Shown here in pieces: positions 11,772 through 25,900 of a stretch of 64,000 nt of DNA. The stretch comes from Paragordius varius (Eukaryota; Animalia; Nematomorpha). The position numbers were made by a program, and so were the translations under genes. Position 1 is the stretch's first letter. Every line of letters starts with the position of its first letter. The notes under the pieces were generated by a model, which did no database searches, had not been told where the DNA came from, and saw only the letters and a program-made list of their open reading frames with translations. The stretch is taken from NCBI GenBank assembly GCA_964247055.1, contig OZ176059.1:2046001-2110000 (forward strand), written 5' to 3'.

Positions 11772-12881
11772 AAAAGCATTAATGATATTTGCAAACAATA
11801 TCGAAAACTCTCCCCCCTTGATACTAAAAGAGATATATAATTTTAAATGGACACTAAATTTCGCCTTCCTACAAATTATAACAGTAGAAATAAAACACAT
11901 TGGATATAATGATTGAATTTTCATTATTTGCATTAATCATGACTTTTTGTTTTTTAATGTTATAAGGGGTGATATATATTAAAGTAAAAGGCATTCATGA
12001 AAAATCTTAAATTGATTATTATTGTTATATGTATTTTTAATGTAGTATTTTAATTTATTTTAATTACCTTGGCATATGAATTTTATGGATGGAATTGTTA
12101 ATTTTTTTTTCAGTTCATTTGAACTTGAGAATTTGGGTAATTATTGTTAAAATTTTAATCTCATCAATAATATTAATTCATGTAATAATATATATATCCT
12201 TCATAATTTATATAAATAATAGTTCAAATATATAGTTAATAAATATAATAAATATTTTTATATTAATTGTTTTTATTTAATTTAAAATTTTGCCAAAAAT
12301 TAGATAAAATATATATAGAGTTAGCCTTTATTGTCTCCAATTATACAAATTTATTTTCATTTTAGAATCTCATTAAAGCGTTTTAATGTAAAGAAAGCCA
12401 TATTCCTTGATTTGTTTTATATAACATTTGTAAATGATTAGATTACAATTATGAAATGTATCATTAAGATTGTTACTAATTACATCTCTATTTCCTATTT
12501 TAAAATTCAAAACTATATGTTATTAATAATAATTAAGGTCTAAATTAGTGCTGTTTTTATTTAAAATATGTGTGTTTGGTTTTGACGTTTTGTGTATATA
12601 AATTTAATTTTTACTGTAAAGATTTTTAAATATAAAAATAGTTACTTTTTAAAAAAGTAATTCCACAGGCGTACCTTTCAAATAATATTGAAAAAATTAT
12701 CCAACCATTATTTATAAATATACCTCGCTTTGGCTTTAATTACACCTAAAATATCATTAAAATAATATAAGGCAAAAATTTATTTTTGAATTTTAACAAG
12801 TACATAAGAGAATATAAAAATTAGGTAATCAACACATAAAAAGAAAAACTTAACAATTAAAATAAAAGAATTTTTTTTAAT

Positions 12882-15800
12882 CTATCCTTGCTCCTCTATT
12901 TCATCTTCGTTGAGTGGGAGATTTTGTTGTGATAACAGCATGGGATAAGTGAACAAACTTCGTAATAGAGATTTCAAAATTTGATATTCCTATGAAATTT
13001 ATAATAATAAAACATTATATACCATTTACAATGCGAATTCACTCTTGACCAATTCAGATTTAATTTAAATCAATTCAAATTCACCCTCAAATAAATTATG
13101 TTTTTTAAAATTAAAAAAACCTATATTTTAATATAATTTTAAAAAATTAAAATTTTGTTTAAAAAATAATCCTGAAAAAATATAAACTATGCCATAAAGA
13201 TATATTTCATATAAATAATAAGTTATAATAGTTCGAAAACACAATTTTTGAGGGTTAATTTGAATTGATCAAAATTTAAATTGTTCGAGAGTAAATTTAA
13301 TTGTTAGAGGGTGAATTTAAATTGTTCAAGGGTGAATTTGAACTGTAAATGGTAATTTATTTCATAGATAAGATAGCGAAAGGTTGATATGAAACCGCAG
13401 CGATATAGTTCTCCAAAAAAATAGCAAAAACCAATTTTTCTATGTTTAAATTATTATTTTCAACTAAAAAAACCATGACAGTTAATTCTCCATGTTAAAT
13501 AACATTAATTATGATTTTTGCAGAATGTATCAAGTTTATGTTGAGTGTTTAATTCCATATAAAATTTAAATATTAAGTTATTTGTAAATTTCGACAATAA
13601 AAAATATAAAATCCCAAAAATTTATATAGAAAATGGAACTGAACCAAAAAATATATATGGATATAAAGGACAAAAAAATAAGGTTAAATCGTCGGTTTTT
13701 GACTGCGGTTAAAATACAATAATATTATACTTGTGTAGATTTGGCCAAGGCCGATGGGTATTCAATATGATTTTTATTCAGCAATGGGTTTTGATTAAAT
13801 ACGGCTTCTGGGAGCGTATTTTCAATCGAAGGTACACTAATACTATGGAGCGGATCTTCTACCAAGCTTGAAGAACTTAATAAAAAATTAAAATTTATAT
13901 TTTTATAGTTGAAAACGGAAAATGATCATGTTAATGCAATAAAGTTCTTGGTATGTAATAAATAGACAAAAGAGGTTAAATAACAGTATGTGTGAAATTA
14001 TTATTGCCAGGCTACATAGAGATTAAATTACGGAGAAAAATTATTGGTTTAATGCTGCTGACGTGCATTAAAAAATATAATTTTTGGCATTTGTAGCATT
14101 TAGCCAATAATATTGCTCTTAATATATATATATATATATTATGCAAAAAAATAATACAAACATAAATTTTTCTAAAATATTATAATCATGGTTTTTAACA
14201 ATAAAAATAGTCAAAACATCCATCTATCCAACATATAAAAATATATATTAACTAATATTTATTTAGTTTTGTAAGTCCCTAACTAAATCGAAAATTTCCC
14301 CTTTAAAATAGCTGACCTAATATTTTAACCGCAAATTAACCATAAACTCACATTTGATTCCGATGTATAATCATGGGGGTACGAGGCCCACTTACTGTAC
14401 CGCCCACAGATATAGATGGAGAATTGTTGTTAATTTTGCCAAAAGTTTCAATATTAGTTGATCCGGTATTATTTTGGCTTGAGATCAAATTTTGGGTTTG
14501 ACTGTTACAAGGTGTTTGAAAATTATTTATCTCATTATTATGATCAAAATTTGAGTCGGTAGTTTTGGTTTCAAACAACGAAAAGTTTTGACTATTTTTA
14601 TCATTAATGTCATCAATATTTACAATGTTTACGATAGCAGGGTCATCAATAGGTGTTGAATTAATTTCTAGAGTTTTTGTTTCAAAACTCATGAGGTGAT
14701 TTTGCGGGTTTTGATTCATATTATTCGTCGTAATATTGTTAATATCATTGGTAAAATTATTTATGTTTAGCAGCAAAGATTGAGATTTTTGTTCAGTAGA
14801 ACTATTTGAGTTATTAACAGAGAGTTCGCTATTAAGTTTATTGGCATAATGAGTGTTTGATGATTGCTCTATGAAAGCATGGTGGAATGGTTGACCAGAA
14901 ATATTGGAATACACTATATCTTCATCTTTTGCGACCTTCAAATAGATAAAAAATGACTTATATATATATATATATATATAATATGGCCCTATAATCAACC
15001 GATTGTGTAAGTTAGTGTTAGAAATCTAAATTGCAATGTTATTTTAAATATTTAAAATAATTAATTTTTTATAATTGTTTTTTTGAAAATTTTGTAAATA
15101 TAATATGACTTTAAATACAGCGTACATTATAACCTAATAAATGGATCGTCCGTATCCGCATCATGACGAATTTAATTGGATAATCTTCACATAATTTTAT
15201 CTATATTATCATCCATATTGAATTAAATAAATTTTTTTTGCTTTAGGTTCATTATTACAAATTGTGGGAAAATTAACTTTAGTTTAAACGATTTATAAAC
15301 TTAAATAATTGTAAAAATCCAAAAAAATGTATAATAATTATAATCAGCACAAGTTAATTAGTTTAAAAAGCTCATTAATTAAGCTTTAAAACATCTATAA
15401 AGCTAAGACATTAAAATAAATCCACATAATGATAATAATCGACTTTTATCGAAAAATAATTGTTAAAAAATTTGTTAAAAAACCAACCTTTTTTGGCTTT
15501 TTTATGGTTCGAGGTCGACCCCTGGGAGCTTTATAAAATTTTACATAAGGTTGTTGCGGTTGAGTTGACTTAGATGGGTCATTTGTTGTATCAGTTTGGT
15601 CGTTTTCTTTTTTACCATTAAGTTGGTCTTCAAATCGTTTCTTTGCACGTAAACGCATAATTTCACTGGTTAAATTTGTCGTTTTACTATACATGTAGTA
15701 TTCGAGTTGGTCATGATTTTGTGCTACTAAATCAATCACATTTTGATATTTGTTTTTATCGTTTTTGTCATTTAAGTTTTGATTTATATCATTATTATTA

Positions 15801-16452
15801 ACACTAATATTATTGCACTCTTTTGAAAGTTGCACAGCGGTAGAATTATTGTCAAATAAACTATCATGCATATTTTTAATAACCTCTTCCTGAGATAAAT
15901 TATTTGTTTGATTTGGGGCAGTCATGTCATTTTGTAATGAATTATTAAAACTTTGTTCAGATTTAACTTTTGACAAAAGAGTAGTAGATGACATTGACAT
16001 ATTAACTGAAGTATTAGTATTAGTTGTTGCTATATTTTTGATGGTAGTATTTGTAATTGTAGCTATATTAAAGGAAAAAAAATAGTGCTACCTGGGTAGA
16101 GGTGATATAGTTTTAATTTTTTTCAATATTGTTTTTTTATACATTAAATTTAAATATCATTTAGAAATATAATAGATGGATTTAAAGCTCATAAATTTTG
16201 TTAAACACTTTTTTCTTAAATGAATGGTAAACTTAGACACATTGGTAAATAAATTAAAAATAAAGCACATTTTGTCTCTAACATATGATATTTTGAGATA
16301 AAACGCGTAATATCATAATAAAAACTTTAAAAGTTTTTTATCGTTTTTAGCTTATTCTGAATTTCAATAAGAATATATCACAAAATAACAACCCTAGTAA
16401 AAAATTAAAAAGTGCGCTATTAATATTTTAACTCATGAAAAAGGGGATCACT

Positions 16453-16483
<31 letters not shown>

Positions 16484-16633
16484 ATAGCGTATGGCATAAA
16501 ACAATGTTAAGTCCAAAAAAATAATTTTTTTTAAAAAAACCCTAGTTGTTTACTATCCATAATATATCCTTCTTTTTTAAAAAAATACATTTTTTATTAT
16601 TTTATAACTAACATTGTTTTATGCCATACGCTA

Positions 16634-16697
<64 letters not shown>

Positions 16698-19600
16698 AAG
16701 AGAAAACCACATTTTTAACCTTAATTCTTTCATATATAATCTATCGTTAGAGTGGCAAATTAACCGATGGAGAGGAGATATAAATTGTTAACAAACTAAA
16801 TTTTTTATTTTTTAAAAACAACAACATTAATTTTTGCTTTTATACAGTAAAAAAGAAATTTTGGACAAAACGTAAAAATATAAAGGTATATTATTTTCTA
16901 AAAGACAACCATACTATTTAAATATAGATTTATATCAATTTAACTTGTTTTAAATGGCAAAGTGTGTAATAGAGTTATATAATACCAACACAATCAATTC
17001 TATATTTTACATTTGTAACTAAATAGCTTATATAAGAAAAATTAAGGTTTTGAAAAGTATGTTTGTCTTTTAGCAAAAAACATTTGTCTTTATATTTTTA
17101 TGCTTTGTCCCTATAATTTTAATTTTTGCGTTTATATATTTATATATATATAGCATACTTGAAGGGTTAGGGGCATCTGATTGCGTTTTAGTCTTACGAG
17201 TAGCGTCATTGTTAGCTTTTGGTGTTGGCAAATTTATTTTAACCTTAAAAGATTCTCGTATGATTGCATTGGAAGGTAAGTGTGGAATAACTATAATAAT
17301 TAGAAAAAAAATAAAATTCATATTTACGGTACAATGCCAGATGAAAAATGTACATAACAGTAAAGAATTATTGGTTTAAAGTTGATAATTCGTAAAAATA
17401 AATATATTTTTTCGCTTCTTCGCCGGTTTTCGATCAAAAATTTGGTATATACAAAAGGCTTCTAAACTTATCTATATATATATATATATATATTTAGAGT
17501 AAAATCTATCTAATATTTTGTATAATAAGAAAAGCGCACCATAATTAGCATTCATTAGTTTGGATACTCATATGAAAGCGTGTTTTTTATATACTCATTC
17601 TTAGATGATATATTATGTTATCAAGGAAGACTTTGGAACACGGCAAATATAACAACAGCTTAAATGGTATAATGTATTTGTGTAGAAATTTCGTTTAATA
17701 TAAATTTTATATCAAACAAAAATCTGCGATAATTTTAAGTAATAAAAGTATAAAAGCCAGAAAAAGACACGTAAAAACTAACTTTTTTCCCGAACACCTT
17801 GAGCCTGCCGTGAATTATCAAGCAATCGCAATGGTTTAACTTCAACCTTTGTCGTTTCATCCAAATAAAATTGTTCGGTTTCCGTTTGCGTTTTTTTCAT
17901 TGTTGGTGATAAAAGGGAGCTGCTGTCCGGTTTAGCGGTGGTGATTACCTTACTCAAAAACTTTTTACTTCTTTTCCCATGTTTTTTGGGTCTTATACCA
18001 GCCAGGGTGGTGTTCATTTCAACATCAGAATGATGATTTTCACCATTTATAATCGGTGTTTCTTCGCTAACGACGGTTGATTTATCTTGACAAGTTTTTG
18101 GGCTTATTGGTTTTTGTGATTCTTTAATTTTATCGCCTTTGCCATTCGTGTCATGATTAGATTGGAAGACCGTTATAACGGCCGTGTTTTCTCCGCCATC
18201 ATCTTGTGGAGTTATGAGACCTATCGGTTTTCGATATTGTTTCATTTTAGGCAAATTAATACCGCCATACTTTGATTTTTTTAGCGTGAAAGAACGATCC
18301 TCAGTATCTAAATGTTGATATGATTGTGTATGACTTCGAATTAAATTTATCGTAGCTTGCGTGGATAAATCTAATTCTTTGATTATGCTATTAGTAGGTG
18401 AGTGATGATTACCATTTCGTCGTTTAGAACCAAAGCTTGATGTTGAGGACAGCGTTGAATTTTTGCACGTATTTTGTATGAAATATTTCTCCACAATTTC
18501 TTTGGGTATTTGGGTAAATACTAGACAAAAACATAGGTAGGCAAAAAAGAAAGAAATTAATTATTTATATTTTTACCGTTCAAAAAAACAATACCCCCCC
18601 CCCCTTGACCGCATAAAAATAAGGAGTAATCATAATACTACAAATCACAAAAATGTTGTATTAAAAACAATTAATTATATTTTATCAAATTAATTTATGT
18701 AATAAACAACAATATAAGTTAAAAAGTAGTTAACTGGTTGTTTTATGAAGAGTCATTACCACGGTTTAGAATGCTGTTTCCGGTCTATAAAAAAACTTTA
18801 AACGAACCTTTTTTAGAAAGAATTTAAAAAAACTGATGTTACATTAATAAAAAGTGTAGTATTCGAGATATATGTATATATATAACCAAAATTTTGGGAA
18901 ACTTTTAATAGACCGTTTGATGATGACATATAATTTCATAAAAGTTTTATATCTAATGCGGTTTATATATCATACAATCTAAAAATTTTAATTTAAACAA
19001 AATAACCAACATTTTTAAAGTTAAAAACTTATATGTTATACCACTTTCCAAAGGATTAACATTATGATGGTTGAGTTTAAGATCAATGTTTCGTGAATAA
19101 AATTCCGTTGTAAGTTTTTTAACCACAGTATCTCGCCATAAATTATGAAGGTATATAACATTAGCAAGTCCACGCACAGTTTCAATCCCAGGTGCCAAAA
19201 AATTGCGAAGACCTATAAAGTTAAGAGAAGGAAATTATTTAATTTTTTTCATTTCATAAAATTTTAATTATTTTTTTTTGATTTTTAGGATATAATTTTT
19301 CGAAACGATATAAAAGGATTATATTGTATATAAGGATTAAAATTTATAAAAAAAAAAAATAAAAAATTATATAAAATATTAAAGTAGTAAATATATAGAT
19401 CTTCATAAAAATAAAAATTTGTATTATTAAATCAAAGCTTTAAAAATACAAAATCATTAAAACAGGAAAATTTATTTAGATGACAAGAACCACCCGCAAA
19501 ATAAATAATTTACATGCAAATTTTTCAATCAACTTTAATTTTACATTATTTTTACTTTAATAAAAAAGTAAGAAAATATAAATATATATATAATAAGTTA

Positions 19601-22600
19601 TAGTATGCATTTTAATGGTTGCTTAGCGATTTGCAAAGGAGTGTCTAGAAAAAAGAAAGAATATATTGTGAAATAAGGCAACATTAAAATGCATACTGTA
19701 ATAAATAAATATGTAAACCTTCAAATTGTTCATTAGCTGTTTCAACCGAAAGCTTAGTTATATTGTGTGGATTTATACCACTAATATTAGTATTTTGGTT
19801 ATCAATTTTATTAACATAGGGGCTATTATTAATATTGGTTGTAAAAAAAGTAGATGGATCTTTTGAATTTGCCTTTTTATTTTCATTATCACAAAAAGTT
19901 TCCTCCTTTAATCGATAATAGGTTTGATTAGGGAATCGGGTAAGTGTTTCTATACCCACGTATGTTACCATATTGTGTAAAATGCTCTAAAGATGAAAAT
20001 TTTATATTTTTGAGTAAAAACTGCATATTTTATAAGGACAAAAGTAAAAATATAAAGACAAATATTTTTTTCTAAAAGACAGCCAGTCATACTACTATTT
20101 CACACCTTTATTTTATTCTTGTATAAATTATATAATTACGATTGTAAAATGTATAATTGATTGTGTCACCAATATATATTTCAATTTTATGATTTGCAAT
20201 TTAAAACAGAGTTATATGTATAAAAATGAAGTTTAATAAAGTATGATTGTCTTTTAGAAAAAAATATTTGTCTTTAGCTTTGTCCGTATAAATTCAGTTT
20301 ATGTACTATAAAAACATTAGAATATTTTATGTAAAAAATATTTAGATATTAAACAAATTTTAAAAGGAATCATAAACATATATATGTTATATATAAAAGG
20401 AATTATTTTTTCATTTTGATAGAGAGAAGTTGTTTTGTGTGAAAAAAAAAACAGTAAAAAAAGAAATTATATAATATAAAAAGTAATAAATTTTAAAAAT
20501 AAATAAATAATAAAATCATTTATTTTACACGAGTTATTAGCAGATTATCTATACATTAAAACTCGTTTTCAAAACAAAAATTTTTAAGGTATTAAATAAC
20601 ATTTAGTTTTAAATAAAGTGAAAACAGATTTAAAAAAATGATCTATAATTTTGTCTCCGCATAAAATTAATAAGATAATAAAACTCCATATATATATATA
20701 TATAATATTGTTTAATTTATAGATTAAATGTTATGAATATACACATATAAAGAGTATTTTTAAACAACAAACTACTTCACAAAAAAATAAAAAAAAATCA
20801 ATTAAATCGAAATTATATTGAAAACATACCCTCTTTATTGGGACAACTACATGATTACGGACAGTATCGTCTACTAAATCTTCGGTTTTAGCTATAAAAT
20901 GGCAAAAAAACGATATTTAAAAAGCAAAAAAAATAAAAAAGTTAATATATATATATATATATTCATGCGGGTATAATATAGAATACAGTTTAAAACTTAT
21001 TAAATAAAAATTACCGGTCTAAAAAAATAATAGGGGGTGTGGGAATCTTTTTATAAGGTCAATAATGTATGGTTGAGCTTTTAAAACAATATTATTTATA
21101 TTTTAAGATAGTTAAGGCATGAATGCAGTGGTTTTCAACCACCCCCCCCCCCCCCCCCCCCCCAAAAGATAAAAAATGCAAATATTATAATTTTATAAAA
21201 ATCAAAATTAAATAAAATATTTTTTTCACATCGGGGACAAATATCTTGGTAAATTGCACCTAAGATTTTCATTAACCTTCAATTTAATTCTAGTTTTATT
21301 TTTTAATCAAACCAGTAACTTTATAATTTTAAATTAAATACTATTGAATAAACCATTCATCAAATAATAGTAAACATGATGTTTATTAATATAAATTTTT
21401 GGTTGTTTTTTCAAATTTCCTAAATTTTTCTACGCCCCCATTTTGAAAATCCACTGCTTTATAATAGAAAAAAAGGAATATTATCTAAAAAAATTTTTTT
21501 GGAAATAGATATAAAAAGAGAAAAAATATAATATTATTTTCATATTATACAAAAAAACAGCCTAAATTTTAAATAATGTATACTATATTTTTTATAAGAA
21601 AAAAAAATAAAAAAAATTAACTTTGACGCGTTTTGCTCATCTCTAATTGTGTCATGGTGGTTGGATCAATTCTAAATATATGTTTTATAAATAAAATTTT
21701 GGTTTAATAATTAGAAAAGAAGTAGATTTGATTATTAAAAATAAATCTGCATTTCACATTGGTTTTGTATTAAAATTTTGTTTTTAGATAAAATTAAAAG
21801 TAAAATAATTTTAATTTTGAAAACGTAAAATGATTAAAATAGGATTACTAATGGGGAGATTATCTCTTTATATTTTAAAAAGTTAAGATTTGCCATTTCT
21901 AAAAAACTGTTTTTTTGTTAAATAGACTATTATTAATTTTATGTAAAAATTTTTTTTTAAATGTTTTTAACCATAGAATAATATTTTTAGGATACACATA
22001 AACTCGAAATAATATCCAACATCCTGAAAATATCAAAAAAATCATCAAAAATTTAATCAAAATAAATGCACAGCACTTTATGGTATAATTTAGGTAAAAA
22101 TATATATTATACTATGTATTCTATGTAAAAATAACCAAATTATAATACCATTTATAGTTTAAATTCACCCTCGAACAATTCAATTTCCCTCTTGAACAAT
22201 TCAAATCCACCCTAAAAATAAATTATGTGTTTTCGAACTAATATAACTCATTGTTAATATGAATCATATCTTTATGACATAGTTTATTATTTTTTCAGTA
22301 TTATTTTGATTTAAACACAAAATTTTAGCTTTTTACAAATATATAAAAATATAGGTAAATTTTAATCTAAAAAAACATATAATTTATATGAGGGTGAATT
22401 TGAATTCGAGAGTGATTTTGAATTATTCAAGGGTCAAATTTAAATTGTAAATGGTATATGTATGATAAAAATTCATAAATACCCTTGAGGTGTAAAAACA
22501 TCCTTTTTATACACGTAAGGAAATATGCGATTCATGAAAAAATCAATCAATTTAGTGTCACCAGGCTTTAAGTAATACGTAACTTGGGGTAAATGTTGTG

Positions 22601-22633
22601 AACCACGTTTTTTACTCCTAACTATATAAATAA

Positions 22634-22665
<32 letters not shown>

Positions 22666-22927
22666 GTAAAAATTGAAATTATAAGTATATGGACAAGACG
22701 TAAAAATATAAAGACAAATATGCTTTTTTAAAATTATCATACTTTTTTTAAATTATAATAACTCATTATTTATAAAGTATATATTTATAATATAAATGTA
22801 TATAGTATTTTACAATTGTATTTAAATAATATAGAAAAATTAAAGTTTAGGTTTAAAAAAGAATGGTGTCTTTTGAAAAAATATATTTGTCTTTATATTA
22901 TGACGTTTTATCTGTATATTTACAATT

Positions 22928-22965
<38 letters not shown>

Positions 22966-25900
22966 AGAATTATTTTGGCTTAGGGTTATTTTTTTCATTT
23001 TCCTTACTAATGACCAATATTAATTTCTTTGTTGAAGTTGTTATCTGGGCAATATTTCATGAAAAGTTAGCAATAAATTTTACATATACTCAAATAAAAT
23101 GTTTTAGGCGGTTAAAATATATGTTAACTTTTCATGTTTGCAATTATTTGAAATTCATTTCCTCCATAATACATTACAAACCCCTGCTTAACCTTGTTTT
23201 TTTTTCTTACAACAAAAACCAAACCAAAATTGGAGCAAAATTAAGCTAATTGATCTTTAAATTCCATTCGTTAATCGTCCTTGAAACAAAGGTTTAACAC
23301 TAAAATTGATTGTTGTAATTTTTGGTTTAAAATCCAAGTTTTCAAATTATAAACAATTTTAGGTGATCGTAAAAGTTTTTTCCTCATAAATAAGCTGATT
23401 TAAGTTCTAACGTAAAAGAAACAATTTTGCCCCTTTAAAACAAATGTTACAAATATTTTTACATTTTGGATTTTTTACCAAAACATTCAAAGCAAGAATC
23501 AAATAAAACTTATTTATAAATAAATTAATCCATTTTCTAACCGGTTATTTGATGAAAACCAGTTTTTGCCATTTGGGGGTTTCCCTCGGTCCCTTAACCC
23601 ATTTCTCAAAAACTGGTCCGTGTATTAAAAAAACTGCGTTAATAAAAATAATCCTTTAAAAATCAATGAATAATATTTTATTGAAAAATGTACTATTTCG
23701 AGTAGGTATATCGTTATTACTATAATATTAACACTAGCACAGTTACGTTTTACTAGTTACTCATAAATACATTCAACGCTATTATATGAAACCAATTTTA
23801 ATAATGGGATTCTATCAAACCCGATTTTTAGAAATATCATCTAATTTTAAGCGGTTTTTAAAATCAATTTCAAATAAACCCGGTTTTCAAATTTTAGTAT
23901 TGTTAAATTGCGTTAATAAACCATTAAAAACCTTTTGTGAAAATCAGATAAAATTAAACTTTACTTACCATGAGGTACAAAAGCGTGTTGAACTAATCGT
24001 GTTCTGAATCGAGATCTATCACGGTCCCTAAGTTTATTTAGCAAAAAAGCTGTAACGTCGAGTGGTGTTGTGGCAAAATCCAATTTTTCACCACTGAAGT
24101 CTAGTCTAAAAAAAGTTTATAAGAAAAAGAAAATATATATATAAAATAAGATTTTAAAATTTAAACAGCCTTTATAGGCGGATTGTTTAAAATTACGCTT
24201 TTTAATTCTTAAATACAACTTTTACTTAGTAAGTTATTATTAGTTTAACCGTCACCCGCCCCTTCGGTTTTTAAAATCAAAAATACAGTAAAAACGCCAA
24301 AATTCATCATAAACTATTTTAAATAGAGATAGAGAGCATTTAAAATTATATTATATTATAAAACAGAACATTTTTTTTTCTTTTCATGCATTGTATTAAT
24401 TCCATTCTATTGTCCCGTTTAACAAGTTCTTTAACTAATTGAATTTATTGATTTATATATTATTGTCTAGGGTTAGTTACCAGTAAATTAATCATATTAC
24501 CCTATAAATATGTCTAACTATCGGAACTCAAAATGAAAATTATTAATCGTAGAAGGTTTAAAGGTAAAAATAAAAATTTCACATTTTGTTAGCACCGATC
24601 CAAACCAGAGGTGTCCAACACAAATGGCTTTGTGGGCCGTATTTTTACCCCAAAAAACAACGAAGGGCCGCATTCGATATATATATAAGCATTTATAAAT
24701 ATCTCATTAGATTTTAAATTTAACACACTTAATAAAAACGGAATGCAACAACTTTCCTCTTTCTTCCTATTAGGATAAGATTTATTTAGAAAAAAATTGT
24801 CTATCTAAGAAGACATATTAATTTTACCAAGATTTTTTGAACCAAGATTTTTAGCAAATTATGAATTCCAAATTTTTCGAGGGCGCCACACCCTCTAAAG
24901 TTTTATACCATACTTTATATCAATTTTTGCTTAAAAATTATACTTTAATATACCATTTACGATTCAAATTCACTCTTTAACTATTCAAATTCACCCTCGA
25001 AAAATAAATTATGTGTTTTCGGGCAGCTAATATAACTCTTTATTAATATATATTCATCGCTTAATTTATTATTTGTTCGGTATTTAATTTTAAAAAATAT
25101 TATTTTTCAAGCTAATTCTTAATCTTAAAAAACACATATTGAATTGTTCTAGGGTTTTGAATTGTTCAAGGGTGAATTTGAATTGACCTAGAGTGAATTT
25201 AAAGTGTAAATGGTATGTATATTAGCCGTCTACGCGTTATAACTGGTCAGACCAAACTCTCTAACCTTTTTACACCACACAGTAAAATGAAAATGAGAAT
25301 AAAAAATATAAAATTTTTACTCAGCAAATTGTAAACGAGGACACCTAAGGTTATATTTCAACTCGTTGGCTAATATTTCAGATTCTTGGTATTTTTTACG
25401 TTTTCGACTTTTTTTCACAGCAATTCCAACACTTTTTGTCTCAGAACAACTTTCATTGCTATCGGATGAGTTGGTAAAACTATTATGAACACTATTTTCT
25501 ACAATGTTTAATGGGTTACTATTCCCGTCCATATTAATATGATTATTGTGAGTTTCATTAATTTCATTTTGTAAAATTTGTAAATCACTATCGTTTTCGT
25601 TTTCGATATTGCTTTCTTGTTCGTCTTCATGGTAAGAAAATTCTAAATGACTTATATCAAGGGGTTTATCATTTTCTCCTATATAATATCCAAAAAAATA
25701 GAAAAGATATATATATAAATTCAAAAAAAATTATCTGAAATTTTAATTTTATTCTTTACGTTTGATAAAGATTACTTGTAGTAATCGAAAATTCATATAA
25801 TAAATTCTATAATTTTAGCTGAATTATAATTGCAATATAATAATACAATCAAACTTCAGCGTAAACAATATCCAATTAATCTAAAATTGTAAGATATAGT

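Noticed and set aside
18760-18784. 25-nt AG/GT-flanked microexon candidate in SNAPC4
   Set aside because: The neighbouring exons join in phase without it; inclusion needs a weak upstream donor or causes a frameshift. No support without RNA data.
23730-24110. Second piggyBac-like element (TTAA-CACTAG left end)
   Set aside because: The right end (CTAGTCTAAA) is too degenerate and there is no second copy in the window.
24606-24675. hAT-like left end CAGAGGTGTCCAAC..GGGCCG
   Set aside because: No matching right TIR or TSD found.
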